From Alphaproteobacteria bacterium (lineage in GTDB: Bacteria; Pseudomonadota; Alphaproteobacteria; Micavibrionales; Micavibrionaceae): a stretch of 64,000 nt of DNA. Position 1 is the stretch's first letter; each line of letters starts with the position of its first letter. Made by a program: the position numbers and the translations under genes. Of this stretch, positions 1 through 10,419 are shown in pieces. The stretch is from the NCBI GenBank assembly GCA_025451095.1, contig JANWLB010000013.1, positions 4,244 to 68,243 of the forward strand. Reading direction: 5' to 3'. The notes under the pieces are model-generated. The model did no database searches and was not told the DNA's origin. It saw nothing but the letters and a program-made list of their open reading frames with translations.

Positions 1-8
1 TTTCTGCA

Positions 9-209
9 ATGGAAGATGAAGAAGAACTCCGCGAAAAGCTCATAGAGCTCAAGCGCGAGCACCAGGACATGGATGATATCATTGACAGGCTGATGCAGCA
101 TCAGCCTGTGGATTTCCTGCAACTTCAGCGTCTGAAAAAGCGCAAGCTGGTCCTGAGAGACATGATACAGAAAATCGAGAGCAATCTTCTGCCCGACATT
201 ATCGCCTAA
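9..209 (+). CDS. DUF465 (YdcH-like) small coiled-coil protein
   Basis: 66-aa ORF rich in E/K/L. The C-terminal pattern [15 protein letters not shown] is typical of the DUF465 family. Its stop overlaps the purE start (TAATG). Confidence 0.7.
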   Translation: MEDEEELREKLIELKREHQDMDDIIDRLMQHQPVDFLQLQRLKKRKLVLRDMIQKIESNLLPDIIA

Positions 210-715
210 TGAGCCGCCGCCCCGCGATCGGAATCATCATGGGCTCCCAGTCGGACTGGGAAACGATGAAGCATGCGGCCGATCAGCTGGACGAATTCAA
301 GATCCCCTATGAAACGAAAATCGTTTCCGCCCACCGTACGCCCTTGCGGCTTTATGAATATGCACGCAGCGCCCGCGAGCGCGGGCTGAAAGTCATCATC
401 GCGGGCGCGGGCGGCGCCGCGCACCTGCCAGGCATGACGGCCAGCCTGACCAGCCTGCCTGTGCTCGGCGTGCCTGTGGAAAGCAAAACGCTCAAAGGAC
501 TCGACAGCCTGCTCTCAATCGCGCAAATGCCAGGCGGCATTCCCGTCGGCACGCTGGCCATCGGCAAGGCCGGTGCACGAAACGCCGCATTGCTTGCGGC
601 CTCCATCCTGTCACTGGGCGATAAGCGCATGGCAAAAACTGTCGAAACATTCCGCAAGACCCAGACAGCCGCCATCAAGACCAAAGTGGCCAGAAAATCA
701 TCAAAAAGGCGCTGA
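209..715 (+). CDS. purE: N5-carboxyaminoimidazole ribonucleotide mutase
   Basis: Carries [16 protein letters not shown] and [14 protein letters not shown], the canonical class I PurE motifs. Followed directly by purK. Confidence 0.95.
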   Translation: MSRRPAIGIIMGSQSDWETMKHAADQLDEFKIPYETKIVSAHRTPLRLYEYARSARERGLKVIIAGAGGAAHLPGMTASLTSLPVLGVPVESKTLKGLDSLLSIAQMPGGIPVGTLAIGKAGARNAALLAASILSLGDKRMAKTVETFRKTQTAAIKTKVARKSSKRR

Positions 716-740
716 AACCGCCTTTAACTTTAGGACCGGC

Positions 741-1886
741 ATGAAGCTCGAAACAAAAACCCTTGGCATCCTCGGCGGCGGCCAGCTGGGCCGGATGAGC
801 GCGCTTGCCGCGGCGCGCCTGGGAATCCCGGTTCATATCTATACGCCCGAACCGGACAGCCCTGCCGCGCAGGTCTCCGCCCGCGTCTTTGTCGGAAAAT
901 GGGATGATAAAAAAAATCTGACGGCCTTCGCCGAGAGCGTCGACGTCATCACTTATGAATTCGAGAACATCCCCGTCGATACAATCCTGCATCTCCAGAA
1001 AACACGGCCCGTCTATCCCGACGACAGGCTTCTGCAAATCGCGCAGGACCGGATCACGGAAAAGAAATTCCTGAATGATATCGGCATCCCGACCGTGCGC
1101 TGGGCCGCCGTAAAAAAAGCCGCCGACATCGAGAAGGCGGCCGAAGAAATTCGCGGGGAAGACGGCTATATCCTGAAAACCACGCGGCTGGGCTATGACG
1201 GCAAGGGGCAGGCCTCATGGACTCCCGGCTCAGATTTAAAAGACATCCTCAGGCAGCTGGGCAAGGCCGACCTGATCCTTGAGGAAAAAATAAATTTTGC
1301 CTGCGAGGTTTCCGTCATTATCGCGCGCGACAAGCTGGGTCAGACAGCTTTGTATGGCCCGATCCTGAACGAGCACAAAAACCATATCCTGTACCAGAGC
1401 ACGGCGCCCGCCCCCCTGCCCGCGCAGATGGCAGAAACGGCGCGGGACAGAGCACGACTGCTGGCCGATGCGGTCGATCTGGTCGGCGTACTGGCGCTTG
1501 AAATGTTCGTCACAAAAGATGGGAAAATTCTGGCTAACGAGATCGCCCCCCGCCCCCATAATTCGGGCCACTGGTCCATCGACGCCTGTGCTGTGTCGCA
1601 GTTCGAGCAACACGTGCGAACAGTCTGCGGCCTGCCTGTCGCGCCGCCAGGGCAGCACTCCAACGCCATCATGACCAACCTGCTGGGCAGCGATGTCAAA
1701 AAGCTGGCGCCCTGGTATGAAATGAAAAATGCCTGTTTGCACTTGTACGGCAAGCACGATATACGTGAAGGCCGCAAGATGGGGCATGCCACGGTTTTGT
1801 CGCCCCTTTCCGGGGAGCAGGACGCCCATGGCGCAAGTATCGATCAGGACAGAGCAGGATATCCTCGGCTGCATAAAAGCGTCTGA
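741..1886 (+). CDS. purK: N5-carboxyaminoimidazole ribonucleotide synthase (ATP-grasp)
   Basis: Internal Met 57 of tracked ORF 573..1886 begins MKLETKTLGILGGGQLGRM, the PurK N-terminal GGGQLG motif. The ATP-grasp body ends in RKMGH. The upstream part of the ORF overlaps purE and is rejected. Confidence 0.9.
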   Translation: MKLETKTLGILGGGQLGRMSALAAARLGIPVHIYTPEPDSPAAQVSARVFVGKWDDKKNLTAFAESVDVITYEFENIPVDTILHLQKTRPVYPDDRLLQIAQDRITEKKFLNDIGIPTVRWAAVKKAADIEKAAEEIRGEDGYILKTTRLGYDGKGQASWTPGSDLKDILRQLGKADLILEEKINFACEVSVIIARDKLGQTALYGPILNEHKNHILYQSTAPAPLPAQMAETARDRARLLADAVDLVGVLALEMFVTKDGKILANEIAPRPHNSGHWSIDACAVSQFEQHVRTVCGLPVAPPGQHSNAIMTNLLGSDVKKLAPWYEMKNACLHLYGKHDIREGRKMGHATVLSPLSGEQDAHGASIDQDRAGYPRLHKSV

Positions 1887-2433
1887 GTTTCACAGCCAGG
1901 CCTTAAGCGCCGTGCGGACACTGAATCTCCCCGACTGGTGGGTAGCCGCCGGGTTTGTGCGCAATTACATCTGGGACTGCCTGCACGCCTATCCCGACAT
2001 GACGCCGCTGAACGACATTGATGTCGTTTATTTCGACGCCGCCCATACAGACGAGGCTTTCGAGAAAGAACAAGAGTGCAAACTGAATGCCCTGATGCCG
2101 GGGCAACGCTGGTCCGTCAAGAACCAGGCCCGCATGCACGTCAAGAACGGCGATAACCCCTATGCTTCGGTTTCCGAGGCGCTGGCACATTGGTGCGAGA
2201 CCGTTACGCCGGTCGGCGTGCGGCTTGAATCCGGGACCTTATCCTTAATAGCGCCTCTGGGAATTGAAGATCTGGTCACCGGCCAGTGCCACCCCACGCC
2301 CTTCGCTTTAAGCCGCCCGCAGAAGCTGGCTGACTACCGCGAACGGATGAGGGATAAGAAATGGTGGAATATCTGGCCGCGTGTGACCGTACACGGGCTG
2401 AAAAACGAAGAGAGCCAGACGGCAGACGCCTGA
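1828..2433 (+). CDS. nucleotidyltransferase family protein (DUF925 / NTP_transf_6-like)
   Basis: Starting from MAQVS, the motifs WWVAAGFVRNYIWD, NDIDVVYFD and WSVKNQARMH match my recollection of the NTP_transf_6 family. The start is uncertain and overlaps the purK 3' end. Confidence 0.6.
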   Translation: MAQVSIRTEQDILGCIKASEFHSQALSAVRTLNLPDWWVAAGFVRNYIWDCLHAYPDMTPLNDIDVVYFDAAHTDEAFEKEQECKLNALMPGQRWSVKNQARMHVKNGDNPYASVSEALAHWCETVTPVGVRLESGTLSLIAPLGIEDLVTGQCHPTPFALSRPQKLADYRERMRDKKWWNIWPRVTVHGLKNEESQTADA

Positions 2434-2559
2434 TATCCAAAAAATGCCTTCCGCCGCCATCTTTTGAGATATGTTAATTTAGCCGCTTAACCCCTAGGTC
2501 CTTACCGGCCTTTATGCTAAATATGACCCTGGTTTCAACGGCAAGCACCCGGCACACTC

Positions 2560-3984
2560 ATGACCTCAAAAGCAAAGACAAGCAGCACTTCACAAGCCTC
2601 GCGTATGGAATCGGATTCCCTGGGCGAAATTGGCGTTCCCGCCGATCGCTACTGGGGCGCCCAGACGCAGCGCAGCATCCAGAATTTCAAAATCGGCGGC
2701 GAGCGCATGCCCGCACCGCTTATCCGCGCATTGGGAATCCAGAAAAAAGCGGCAGCTCTGACCAATATCGATCTGGGCATTCTTGATAAAAATATTGGCA
2801 AGGCCATCGTGCAGGCCGCCAATGAAGTTATCGGCGGCGACCTGACGGATGAATTTCCGCTGGTCGTCTGGCAGACCGGTTCGGGCACGCAGACCAACAT
2901 GAACGCCAATGAAGTCATCGCCGGGCGCGCCAACGAAATACTGGAGAACAAACGCGGCGGAAAAAAGCCCGTACACCCCAACGATCACGTGAATATGGGG
3001 CAGTCCTCTAACGATACCTTCCCCACCGTCATGCATATCTCGGCGGCGGAGCAAATACACACGGCTCTTCTGCCTGCCCTGCAAAAGCTTCAGGGCGCGC
3101 TCGACAAAAAGGCAAAAGAATTCGCCCGGATCGTCAAAATCGGCCGCACGCACCTGCAGGATGCGACGCCTGTTACGCTGGGTCAGGAGTTTTCAGGCTA
3201 CGCCCAGCAGATCAAATACGGTATCGAGCGGGTCAAGGCAACCCTGCCGCGCCTGATGGAGCTTGCACAGGGCGGCACGGCCGTCGGCACAGGCATCAAC
3301 TGCAAGGCCGGGTTCGACAAGGCCTTCGCCGCGCAGGTGTCCAAAATCACCGGGCTGGACTTTAAAACCGCACCCAACAAATTCGAGGCGCTGGCCGCCC
3401 ATGACGCGATGGTGGAAGTTTCCGGCGCACTGAATGTTCTGGCCGCCTCGCTGATGAAGATCGCCAACGATGTCCGCCTGCTGGGCTCCGGCCCGCGCTG
3501 CGGAATCGGAGAGATCAACCTGCCCGAAAATGAGCCGGGCTCTTCCATCATGCCCGGCAAGGTCAACCCGACACAGGCCGAGGCCATGACCATGGTCTGC
3601 GCCCAGGTCATGGGCAATCATGTCACGGTCACGATCGCGGGCAGCAACGGCCATTTCGAGCTAAATGTTTTCAAGCCCGTGATCATTTTCAACGTGCTGC
3701 AGTCCCTGCGCCTGCTGGCTGATTCCTGCAACAGCTTTGCGGACAACTGCGTGGCCGGCATCGAAGCCAACGAAGAGCGTATCGAAAAGCTGCTCTATGA
3801 CAGCCTTATGCTCGTGACGGCGCTTAATCCTCATATCGGCTACGACAATGCCGCCAAAATCGCCAAGAAAGCCCACAAGGAGAATAAAACTCTCAAGCAG
3901 GTGGGGCTGGAGCTGGGACTGCTGACTGAAAAGCAGTTCGACGACTGGGTTGACCCGGCGGACATGGTAAAGCCCCGGGATTAG
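2560..3984 (+). CDS. fumC: class II fumarate hydratase
   Basis: Contains [31 protein letters not shown] and the signature [13 protein letters not shown]. The start could instead be Met16 at 2605. Confidence 0.95.
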   Translation: MTSKAKTSSTSQASRMESDSLGEIGVPADRYWGAQTQRSIQNFKIGGERMPAPLIRALGIQKKAAALTNIDLGILDKNIGKAIVQAANEVIGGDLTDEFPLVVWQTGSGTQTNMNANEVIAGRANEILENKRGGKKPVHPNDHVNMGQSSNDTFPTVMHISAAEQIHTALLPALQKLQGALDKKAKEFARIVKIGRTHLQDATPVTLGQEFSGYAQQIKYGIERVKATLPRLMELAQGGTAVGTGINCKAGFDKAFAAQVSKITGLDFKTAPNKFEALAAHDAMVEVSGALNVLAASLMKIANDVRLLGSGPRCGIGEINLPENEPGSSIMPGKVNPTQAEAMTMVCAQVMGNHVTVTIAGSNGHFELNVFKPVIIFNVLQSLRLLADSCNSFADNCVAGIEANEERIEKLLYDSLMLVTALNPHIGYDNAAKIAKKAHKENKTLKQVGLELGLLTEKQFDDWVDPADMVKPRD

Positions 3985-4003
3985 GGCTAAGCCGCCTTCC
4001 TTC

Positions 4004-4213
4004 ATGAAAAAGAGGTCCATTAAAATCGAAGGCCATCCAACCAGCATCACCCTGGAGGAACCTTTCTGGCTGGCCTTAAAGGACATCGCCGACAGCAAAG
4101 GCAAGACGCTCGGCGCGCTTGTCTCAGAAATCGACAAAAGCCGTACAGGCAATCTGTCCAGCGCCCTGCGCGTTTACATTCTGGAAGAGATCAGAGCTGC
4201 CGGAAAAAACTAA
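4004..4213 (+). CDS. ribbon-helix-helix domain protein (RHH_4-like)
   Basis: 69 aa with SIKIEGHPTSITLEEPFWLALKDIA and NLSSALRVYIL. This matches the small RHH proteins commonly found beside fumC in alphaproteobacteria. Confidence 0.65.
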   Translation: MKKRSIKIEGHPTSITLEEPFWLALKDIADSKGKTLGALVSEIDKSRTGNLSSALRVYILEEIRAAGKN

Positions 4214-4222
4214 GCCGCGCCT

Positions 4223-7200
4223 CTACTGGCCCTGCATCACGCCCTCAAGAACGCCCCTGAAAATATCCTCGGGCTTAACTTCCTGAGACGGCGGCGGAGT
4301 CTGTTCCGCCGGAGGTGAAGTCGCAGGGGCCGCAGAAGGCGCGGGAGCCGCAACCGGCGCCGGAGCCGCAGATGGCGCCGGTGTTACAGCCTGTCCGGCA
4401 GGCGCAGGATTTCCAGCGGCCGGTGCTGGCGCCGGAATACCCAGCAAATTCTGGAGCGCATCGTTGCCCTTGAGTTTTTTCTGTAGGATGCCCTGCACCT
4501 TGCTGCCGACTATATTGTCGATATAATTGTTCAGCGCACCGCCGGCGAAAGTCTGACCCGGGCGATCCAGCGGCCCGCGGAACGTCACCTTAAGCGGCGG
4601 CGCATCGGCAGGTTCAGTCAGTTTGATCGTGCTCTCCATATCGATACTCCAGAGCGGCAGATTGATCTTGCCGGGCGAAGTAACCGTAGCGGCCTTCCCT
4701 GTGAGAGTAAGCTCGTCCAGATTGATAACGCCTTCGGTGATCGTGAAGGACGAGGTAAGCTTGTCAAAAGCTGTGGACCCACCCTGCATGGCCGAGCCCA
4801 CAAACCCCGCAAGATTGTCTTTTATATTACCCGAGGGGGGCTGGACCATCGTGCGCGAGAGGCGGGCCAGATCGAATCCCTGAAACACGATATCTGAACC
4901 ATTGGCCTTACCAGCGCCATTCAGGTCAAACACAAGCGCCGCCGGACTTAGACCCGTAGCCGCAATACTCGTATTCATTGAAATAGAGCCGCGCGCCGTG
5001 ACCAGCCGCGCGCCACTGAAGGACTGGACGAAGGACTCCAGAGAGATATCCTTCAGATCGGCGTTTCCCTCCACTGTGAGAGGCTGGCGCGCCGCCGCCG
5101 CCGAAGTGGCCTTGCCCTTCAGCATCGCCTGGCCGCCATACATGCGGCCATCGAGGCGGGAAAGATTGAGAACGCCGTTCTCCAGAGTCACCACCAGCGT
5201 GGCATCATTGATAAGCCAGGGTCCGTAACTGATTGAACGCGCCGTGGCATTCAGATCGAGACTGAACTTGCGCATCCATTCGGTATTGATGGCGTTGCGG
5301 GACCAGCGCACATCCTGCCCCTGCCGGGTAACGCCCTTGGCGCCACCGCCTTCTGCTCCCGCATCATGACCGATGAGATCGTCGAGAGGCACGTCGCCCA
5401 TCTGCAGCTTGCCGCTGATCCCCGGCACGGAAGAACCTTTATCAAACTTCACTTCGCCAGACAGACTTGCAGGACCGAGCGTGCCCTGCAGATTTGAAAG
5501 CGTATAAATATTGCCTTCCTGCTTCACGTTAGCAAAAATATCCATCGATTTGCGGATAGCGACCCCGCTTTTGAATTCAGGACTGAAAAGCCTTATGACA
5601 TCGACATAATTCGGATGCTTTAAGCGCAACGTCAGCGCGCTGACCGTGGGCTGAGCCAAGACACCGGTCAGAACGCCCGACGTGTCCAGTGAGCCATTCA
5701 TAGCTTTTAAATTGGCAGTAAAGGAGAGTTTATCGGAATTGCCCTTGAACTCCGAAAGCATCTCCGCTCCGCCTGCTGCCGCCACCGGCAGGCGGGCGGT
5801 ATCGACATCAAATCCATCCAGAAACTTTCTTAAATCAGACGTCTTGCCCTGCATCGACACGTTGACGTCCTTGAGCTTCTGCCGGTCGCCTACGGAGCCG
5901 GAGGCAAGTATATAATTGCCATTCTTATCCCGCGCCTCAAACGTCTTGATGTCCATCTTGCGTTCAAGCAGCGTGGCCATCACCTTGACGTTGTCATAGT
6001 CGGATTCCTTGAACCTGACGTTCTTCAGTGCCAGCACCAGGTCGAGATTCACGGGCAGGCTGGTCTTTTCCGCCATCTGCCTGATATCCATTTTTTCGGA
6101 TGTCACGCCGGCAGGAAGTTTTTGCGGCGGCGAGAGGCGCCTGATCCACTCATCCGCATCCAGCTTGTCCGCTGTCATAGCCAGCGTGACGTGATCGCGT
6201 CCGCCGGACTTGCCCAGATCATAAGCCGAACCGCCGAGACTGAAGGACGAGCCGCCCAGACTGACATCCGCGCGGTCAGCGCCCAGTCTGGTGGGTTTTA
6301 CGCTGCCGGCGATATCAAGCGAGGTCGGTCCCTGAAGAAGAACGCCCAGCCCTTCCGCGCTCTTTGCCGCCAGGAACGCCTGCACCGTCTTTAGCAGGCC
6401 ACCGGATTTTGCCGTCAGCGTATAGGAAAGCGTGGGGTCGGAGAGCGTCACCGCTCCGGTTGAGGGCGAACGCGAGGCTGCATTATAGGATAAATCGAAT
6501 GTGGAGCTAAAACTTCCTGCACCCGGCAGATCGGCTGCCAGCTTGCCCCGCATCTTCGACCCGGCATGACTGCCCGTCATCTTGACGTTGGATAGCGTAA
6601 TCCCGCTGTACTGCACCGCCGGTGCCGAAAAATCCAGCGCCGCCACAAGTTCGGCCGGAAGCGTCAGAGATTCAGGAAGGAAGACCTTTGCCTTATCGCC
6701 GTCGGCCGGCTTGCGTGCTGGCAGAACGCTGTTCAGATCGACCGGCTTGTCGGCATGAAGCGTGACAGACACATCAAGCGGCCGTCCTTCCTTTGCCGAC
6801 TTTATAACCAGACTGCCGTCCGCCTCACTGCCTGCGAACGACATTTTAAGATTTTTGTAGGCTATTTCATTGGCCGAAGCTGTCAGAATGCCGCGTGCGC
6901 CCGCTTTTTTTCCTTCGAGGGCGGGCACGTCGGAACCCGCCAGCGCAAGAAGGGATTTGAGATCCGCGGTCTTGAATTCCGTCTCTCCCTGAACGCCGGC
7001 ACTGTTCCTGAAGGCAGCAACGCCCGAGAAAGACAGCGTTGAGCCTGAATCCGGCACATCAACATCCATCTGCACAGGTAAAGAGTCGGCATTCCGCTCA
7101 ATCCGGCCGGTTTTACCTGAAAAACGGATCGGCTGGCCGGCATAGGCCAGTTCGCCGTTCAGCGTATAGGGGCCAAAAAGCGTATCACCCCGGACAGACA

Positions 7201-7747
7201 CCGATAATTTATCGATCTTGTAGGATTTATTCGTGCTGCGATCCAGATAGGAAAACGCGCCCTCGCGCACTGTGATATCGTTCAGAACGATGCCTTCGAG
7301 CGCCGACGGACAGACCTGGCCGGTCACACAATTTTGAGCAGAGTCCGGTTTCTGGTTGAGCTTTGCCTGAAGCTCGGGCGTCATCCATGACTCCGTACCG
7401 TCAGCAGCCTTCTCAAGCGTGACTTCAGGTTTTACCAGTATCACGCTGCTGACGACGACCCGACCCTGCAGAAGCGGCCATAGCGCAACAGAGACAGAAG
7501 CCTTGTCGAACGAAGCCAGCGGCTTGTCATGCACACGGATCGATAACTTCTCGAGAATGGCGTGGGGATAAGGCAGAATCGCCATTCTAAGATCACCGCC
7601 GAGAGCATATTCGTACCCGGTTTCCTCGTGCAGGCGGCTTAATATCTGCTCGCGGTGCTTCGTCCAGTCGATGAAGTTGGGGGCTGCCATCAGAACGCCC
7701 AGAACAGCTACAACACCCAGACCTGCAAAAATAATGATACGCTTCAC
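4223..7747 (-). CDS. AsmA-family outer-membrane biogenesis protein with a Pro/Ala-rich C-terminal tail
   Basis: 1174 aa. It has an N-terminal membrane anchor (MKRIIIFAGLGVVAVLGVLMAAPNFIDW), a long beta-rich body typical of AsmA/TamB-like proteins, and a C-terminal PAPAPAAGNPAPAG...PPPSQ low-complexity tail. Confidence 0.8.
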   Translation of the reverse strand: MKRIIIFAGLGVVAVLGVLMAAPNFIDWTKHREQILSRLHEETGYEYALGGDLRMAILPYPHAILEKLSIRVHDKPLASFDKASVSVALWPLLQGRVVVSSVILVKPEVTLEKAADGTESWMTPELQAKLNQKPDSAQNCVTGQVCPSALEGIVLNDITVREGAFSYLDRSTNKSYKIDKLSVSVRGDTLFGPYTLNGELAYAGQPIRFSGKTGRIERNADSLPVQMDVDVPDSGSTLSFSGVAAFRNSAGVQGETEFKTADLKSLLALAGSDVPALEGKKAGARGILTASANEIAYKNLKMSFAGSEADGSLVIKSAKEGRPLDVSVTLHADKPVDLNSVLPARKPADGDKAKVFLPESLTLPAELVAALDFSAPAVQYSGITLSNVKMTGSHAGSKMRGKLAADLPGAGSFSSTFDLSYNAASRSPSTGAVTLSDPTLSYTLTAKSGGLLKTVQAFLAAKSAEGLGVLLQGPTSLDIAGSVKPTRLGADRADVSLGGSSFSLGGSAYDLGKSGGRDHVTLAMTADKLDADEWIRRLSPPQKLPAGVTSEKMDIRQMAEKTSLPVNLDLVLALKNVRFKESDYDNVKVMATLLERKMDIKTFEARDKNGNYILASGSVGDRQKLKDVNVSMQGKTSDLRKFLDGFDVDTARLPVAAAGGAEMLSEFKGNSDKLSFTANLKAMNGSLDTSGVLTGVLAQPTVSALTLRLKHPNYVDVIRLFSPEFKSGVAIRKSMDIFANVKQEGNIYTLSNLQGTLGPASLSGEVKFDKGSSVPGISGKLQMGDVPLDDLIGHDAGAEGGGAKGVTRQGQDVRWSRNAINTEWMRKFSLDLNATARSISYGPWLINDATLVVTLENGVLNLSRLDGRMYGGQAMLKGKATSAAAARQPLTVEGNADLKDISLESFVQSFSGARLVTARGSISMNTSIAATGLSPAALVFDLNGAGKANGSDIVFQGFDLARLSRTMVQPPSGNIKDNLAGFVGSAMQGGSTAFDKLTSSFTITEGVINLDELTLTGKAATVTSPGKINLPLWSIDMESTIKLTEPADAPPLKVTFRGPLDRPGQTFAGGALNNYIDNIVGSKVQGILQKKLKGNDALQNLLGIPAPAPAAGNPAPAGQAVTPAPSAAPAPVAAPAPSAAPATSPPAEQTPPPSQEVKPEDIFRGVLEGVMQGQ

Positions 7748-7828
7748 GTTAATCTTTCTCCCGCCCTACACAAGTATCTGGGCATTTCATGCATAAAAAT
7801 CAAATTAAACAGTCATGTAAGAAAAAAG

Positions 7829-8389
7829 TTATTTCGTATTTGCGTCGGAAATATGGCTATCTTTGAAAGATTTGATCGCGGCAAGAAACTCCTGAAGTTT
7901 CGGCAATACAATGTTTTCCAGGCTTTTTTTCTGCGCCAAAGGAAGCGTGGTGTGAATATTCTGGTATACAGTGTTAACCGTCTCGACCAGAGCGTCCATC
8001 GTGGTTTGCTTATTAAGAAGCACGTTGTTCGATTGTATGATGCGTTTCAAAAGCATCGGTACGATAGCCCGGATTGTCGGATCGCTTTTATCCAGCTTCT
8101 GCTGCAGCGTGTCGCGTGTAATGACGATGAGGTTGCAATCCTCGATGGCCTCCACCGTCGCCGAGCGCGGCTCTTCAAACACCAGGGACATCTCGCCGAA
8201 AATCTGACCAATACCCATCGTGGCGAGCTCAACCCTCTTGCCCGCGCCGCCGGCATAAACCTTGACCGCTCCCGACTGGATCAGAAAAGCGCTACTGCCC
8301 GCCTCGCCTTCCTTCATGATAACCGAGCCCTCAGGAACGAAGCGCCGCTCGAGAATAACCGTATCCTTGTTTGTCCTTTTGACTGTCAT
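7829..8389 (-). CDS. cyclic nucleotide-binding domain protein (stand-alone, no obvious HTH)
   Basis: Contains GEAGSSAFLIQSGAVKV and FGEMSL..EPRSATVEA, the cNMP-binding phosphate-binding cassette. Confidence 0.8.
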   Translation of the reverse strand: MTVKRTNKDTVILERRFVPEGSVIMKEGEAGSSAFLIQSGAVKVYAGGAGKRVELATMGIGQIFGEMSLVFEEPRSATVEAIEDCNLIVITRDTLQQKLDKSDPTIRAIVPMLLKRIIQSNNVLLNKQTTMDALVETVNTVYQNIHTTLPLAQKKSLENIVLPKLQEFLAAIKSFKDSHISDANTK

Positions 8390-8426
8390 AGGCTTCCCCC
8401 GCCTCTTCTTGATATAAACAAAAAAA

Positions 8427-9158
8427 CTATGCCATATACTGACCGCCGTTGGCGGTGATCGTCGCGCCCGTGATGAATGCCGCTTTTTCCGAAGCCAGAA
8501 ATGAAACGATGGCCGCGATCTCGTCCGGCCTGCCCATGCGCGCCACAGGAATCTGCCGGACGATGGAATCCAGAACCTCCTGTTTCATGGCCGACGTCAT
8601 GTCCGTGGCGATATAGCCAGGGCATATAATATTGACCGTTATCCCCTTGGCCGCGCTTTCCAGCGCCAGCGCCTTGGTGAATCCGATCATGCCGGCCTTG
8701 GCGGCCGCATAATTCGTTTGCCCGAACTGGCCTTTCTGGCCATTGATCGAGCCGATATTCACAATCCGGCCATAGCCCCGGTCGCGCATGGCCGTAATAA
8801 CGGCCCGGCACATATTGAAGCAGGAGGTCAGGTTGGTCTCAATCACCGCATGCCAGTTTTCTTCAGTCATTTTATGAAGGACGCCGTCGCGCGTAATCCC
8901 CGCATTGTTCACGAGCACGCGAACAGGGCCGAAATTCTTTTCTATGTCTTCGCACAGGGCCTGACAGCCGGCAAAATCCGCAACATCTGTTTTAAATGTC
9001 CGCGCACCGGTATCGCGCTCGCACATACGTGCGGCATCTTCGTTGCCGTGGAAGACGGCCGCCACATCAAAACCATCGGCCCGCAACGCCCGCGTAATTT
9101 CCAGACCTATGCCCCGGGTCCCGCCCGTGACAACGGCAACGCCCCTGTCTGCGTTCAT
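8427..9158 (-). CDS. phbB: acetoacetyl-CoA reductase (SDR)
   Basis: Contains VTGGTRGIG, NNAGITRD and YAAAKAG, with length and pattern as in PhbB. ATGA-type overlap with upstream phbA. Confidence 0.9.
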   Translation of the reverse strand: MNADRGVAVVTGGTRGIGLEITRALRADGFDVAAVFHGNEDAARMCERDTGARTFKTDVADFAGCQALCEDIEKNFGPVRVLVNNAGITRDGVLHKMTEENWHAVIETNLTSCFNMCRAVITAMRDRGYGRIVNIGSINGQKGQFGQTNYAAAKAGMIGFTKALALESAAKGITVNIICPGYIATDMTSAMKQEVLDSIVRQIPVARMGRPDEIAAIVSFLASEKAAFITGATITANGGQYMA

Positions 9159-10366
9159 GCCGCCGTCCTCAGATCCAGATCACCGCCGCGCTCAACGCAC
9201 ATGGCTATACCCATCCCGCCGCCGATGCACAGGGTTACAAGGCCGCGCTGCGCGTCTCGCCTTGCCATTTCATGAAGCAGCGTAACCAGCACACGAGTGC
9301 CCGATGCGCCGATCGGATGGCCCAGCGCGATGGCGCCGCCATTGACGTTAACGATACCCGGATCAAGCCCCAGCTCTTTCATCACGCAGCATGCCTGCGC
9401 GGCGAACGCCTCGTTCGATTCCACGAGGTCGAGATCGGCGGCTTTCCAGCCCGCCTTTTCCAGCGCGCGCCGGGATGCGGGAATAGGACCGGTGCCCATG
9501 ATGGCGGGATCTACACCCGCCGTCGCCCATGAGGCAATACGGGCAAAAACCTTGAGACCGCGCCGCTTCGCTTCGCTGGCACGCATCAATATCACAGCCG
9601 CCGCCCCGTCATTAATGCCGGAAGCATTCGCCGCCGTCACCGTGCCATCGGACTTGAAAGCCGGCTTCAGCTTGCCGAGGCTTTCCGTTGTCACGCCGCT
9701 GCGTGGAAATTCGTCCTTGTCGACGGTGATCTCCTCCTTACGGGTTTTGATCTTTACGGGCACAATCTCCGCTTTGAATTTTCCTTCACCGATGGCTTTT
9801 TCAGCCTTCTGCTGCGAAGCGGCCGCGAAGGCATCCTGATCGCCGCGGGTGATCTGGTATTTCTCGGCAATGTTTTCAGCTGTGATTCCCATATGGTAAT
9901 TATTGAAGGCGTCCCACAACCCGTCCTTGATCATGGTATCGGTCATCTCGGTATTGCCGAACTTGACTCCCTCGCGCAAGAGAAGGGAGTGCGGCGCGCG
10001 ACTCATGCTTTCCTGCCCGCCGGCAACAATAATGCGCGCATCATCGTTCGCGATCGCCTGCATGCCCATCGCCACAGTCCGCAGACCGGAGCCACAGACC
10101 TGATTGATGGTGCAGGCCGCTTTGTCGTACCCGATCCCGGCGGCCACGGCCGCCTGACGCGCGGGATTCTGGCCGCACCCTGCCGTCAAAACCTGACCTA
10201 TAATAACTTCGTCGATATCGGACACATTTACGCTGCTGTCCGCCAGCACGCTGCGGATAATATGCGCACCGAGTTCATGCGCTGCCAGAGTGCTCAGACT
10301 GCCGCCAAGATTACCTATGGGGGTTCTTTTGGCTGCAACAATGACAACCGGATCACTTTTCTGCAT
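9155..10366 (-). CDS. phbA: acetyl-CoA acetyltransferase (thiolase II)
   Basis: Thiolase motifs are the active-site Cys context NQVCGSGLR, NVNGGAIALGHPIGASG, and CIGGGMG near the C-terminus. Confidence 0.95.
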   Translation of the reverse strand: MQKSDPVVIVAAKRTPIGNLGGSLSTLAAHELGAHIIRSVLADSSVNVSDIDEVIIGQVLTAGCGQNPARQAAVAAGIGYDKAACTINQVCGSGLRTVAMGMQAIANDDARIIVAGGQESMSRAPHSLLLREGVKFGNTEMTDTMIKDGLWDAFNNYHMGITAENIAEKYQITRGDQDAFAAASQQKAEKAIGEGKFKAEIVPVKIKTRKEEITVDKDEFPRSGVTTESLGKLKPAFKSDGTVTAANASGINDGAAAVILMRASEAKRRGLKVFARIASWATAGVDPAIMGTGPIPASRRALEKAGWKAADLDLVESNEAFAAQACCVMKELGLDPGIVNVNGGAIALGHPIGASGTRVLVTLLHEMARRDAQRGLVTLCIGGGMGIAMCVERGGDLDLRTAA

Positions 10367-10419
10367 GACAGTACCTATGATTATGCAATTACACTGGGGT
10401 CCTGCTCATTATTGAGCAG

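Noticed and set aside
573-740. N-terminal extension of the purK ORF
   Set aside because: It overlaps the 3' part of purE in another frame. The PurK homology (GGGQLG) begins right after the internal Met at 741.
4004-4213. RHH protein as the antitoxin of a toxin-antitoxin pair
   Set aside because: There is no adjacent toxin-sized ORF. This RHH type is a conserved neighbour of fumC in alphaproteobacteria.
7655-8458. 267-aa ORF on the + strand
   Set aside because: It is antisense to the cNMP-binding protein gene, which has a clear phosphate-binding cassette.
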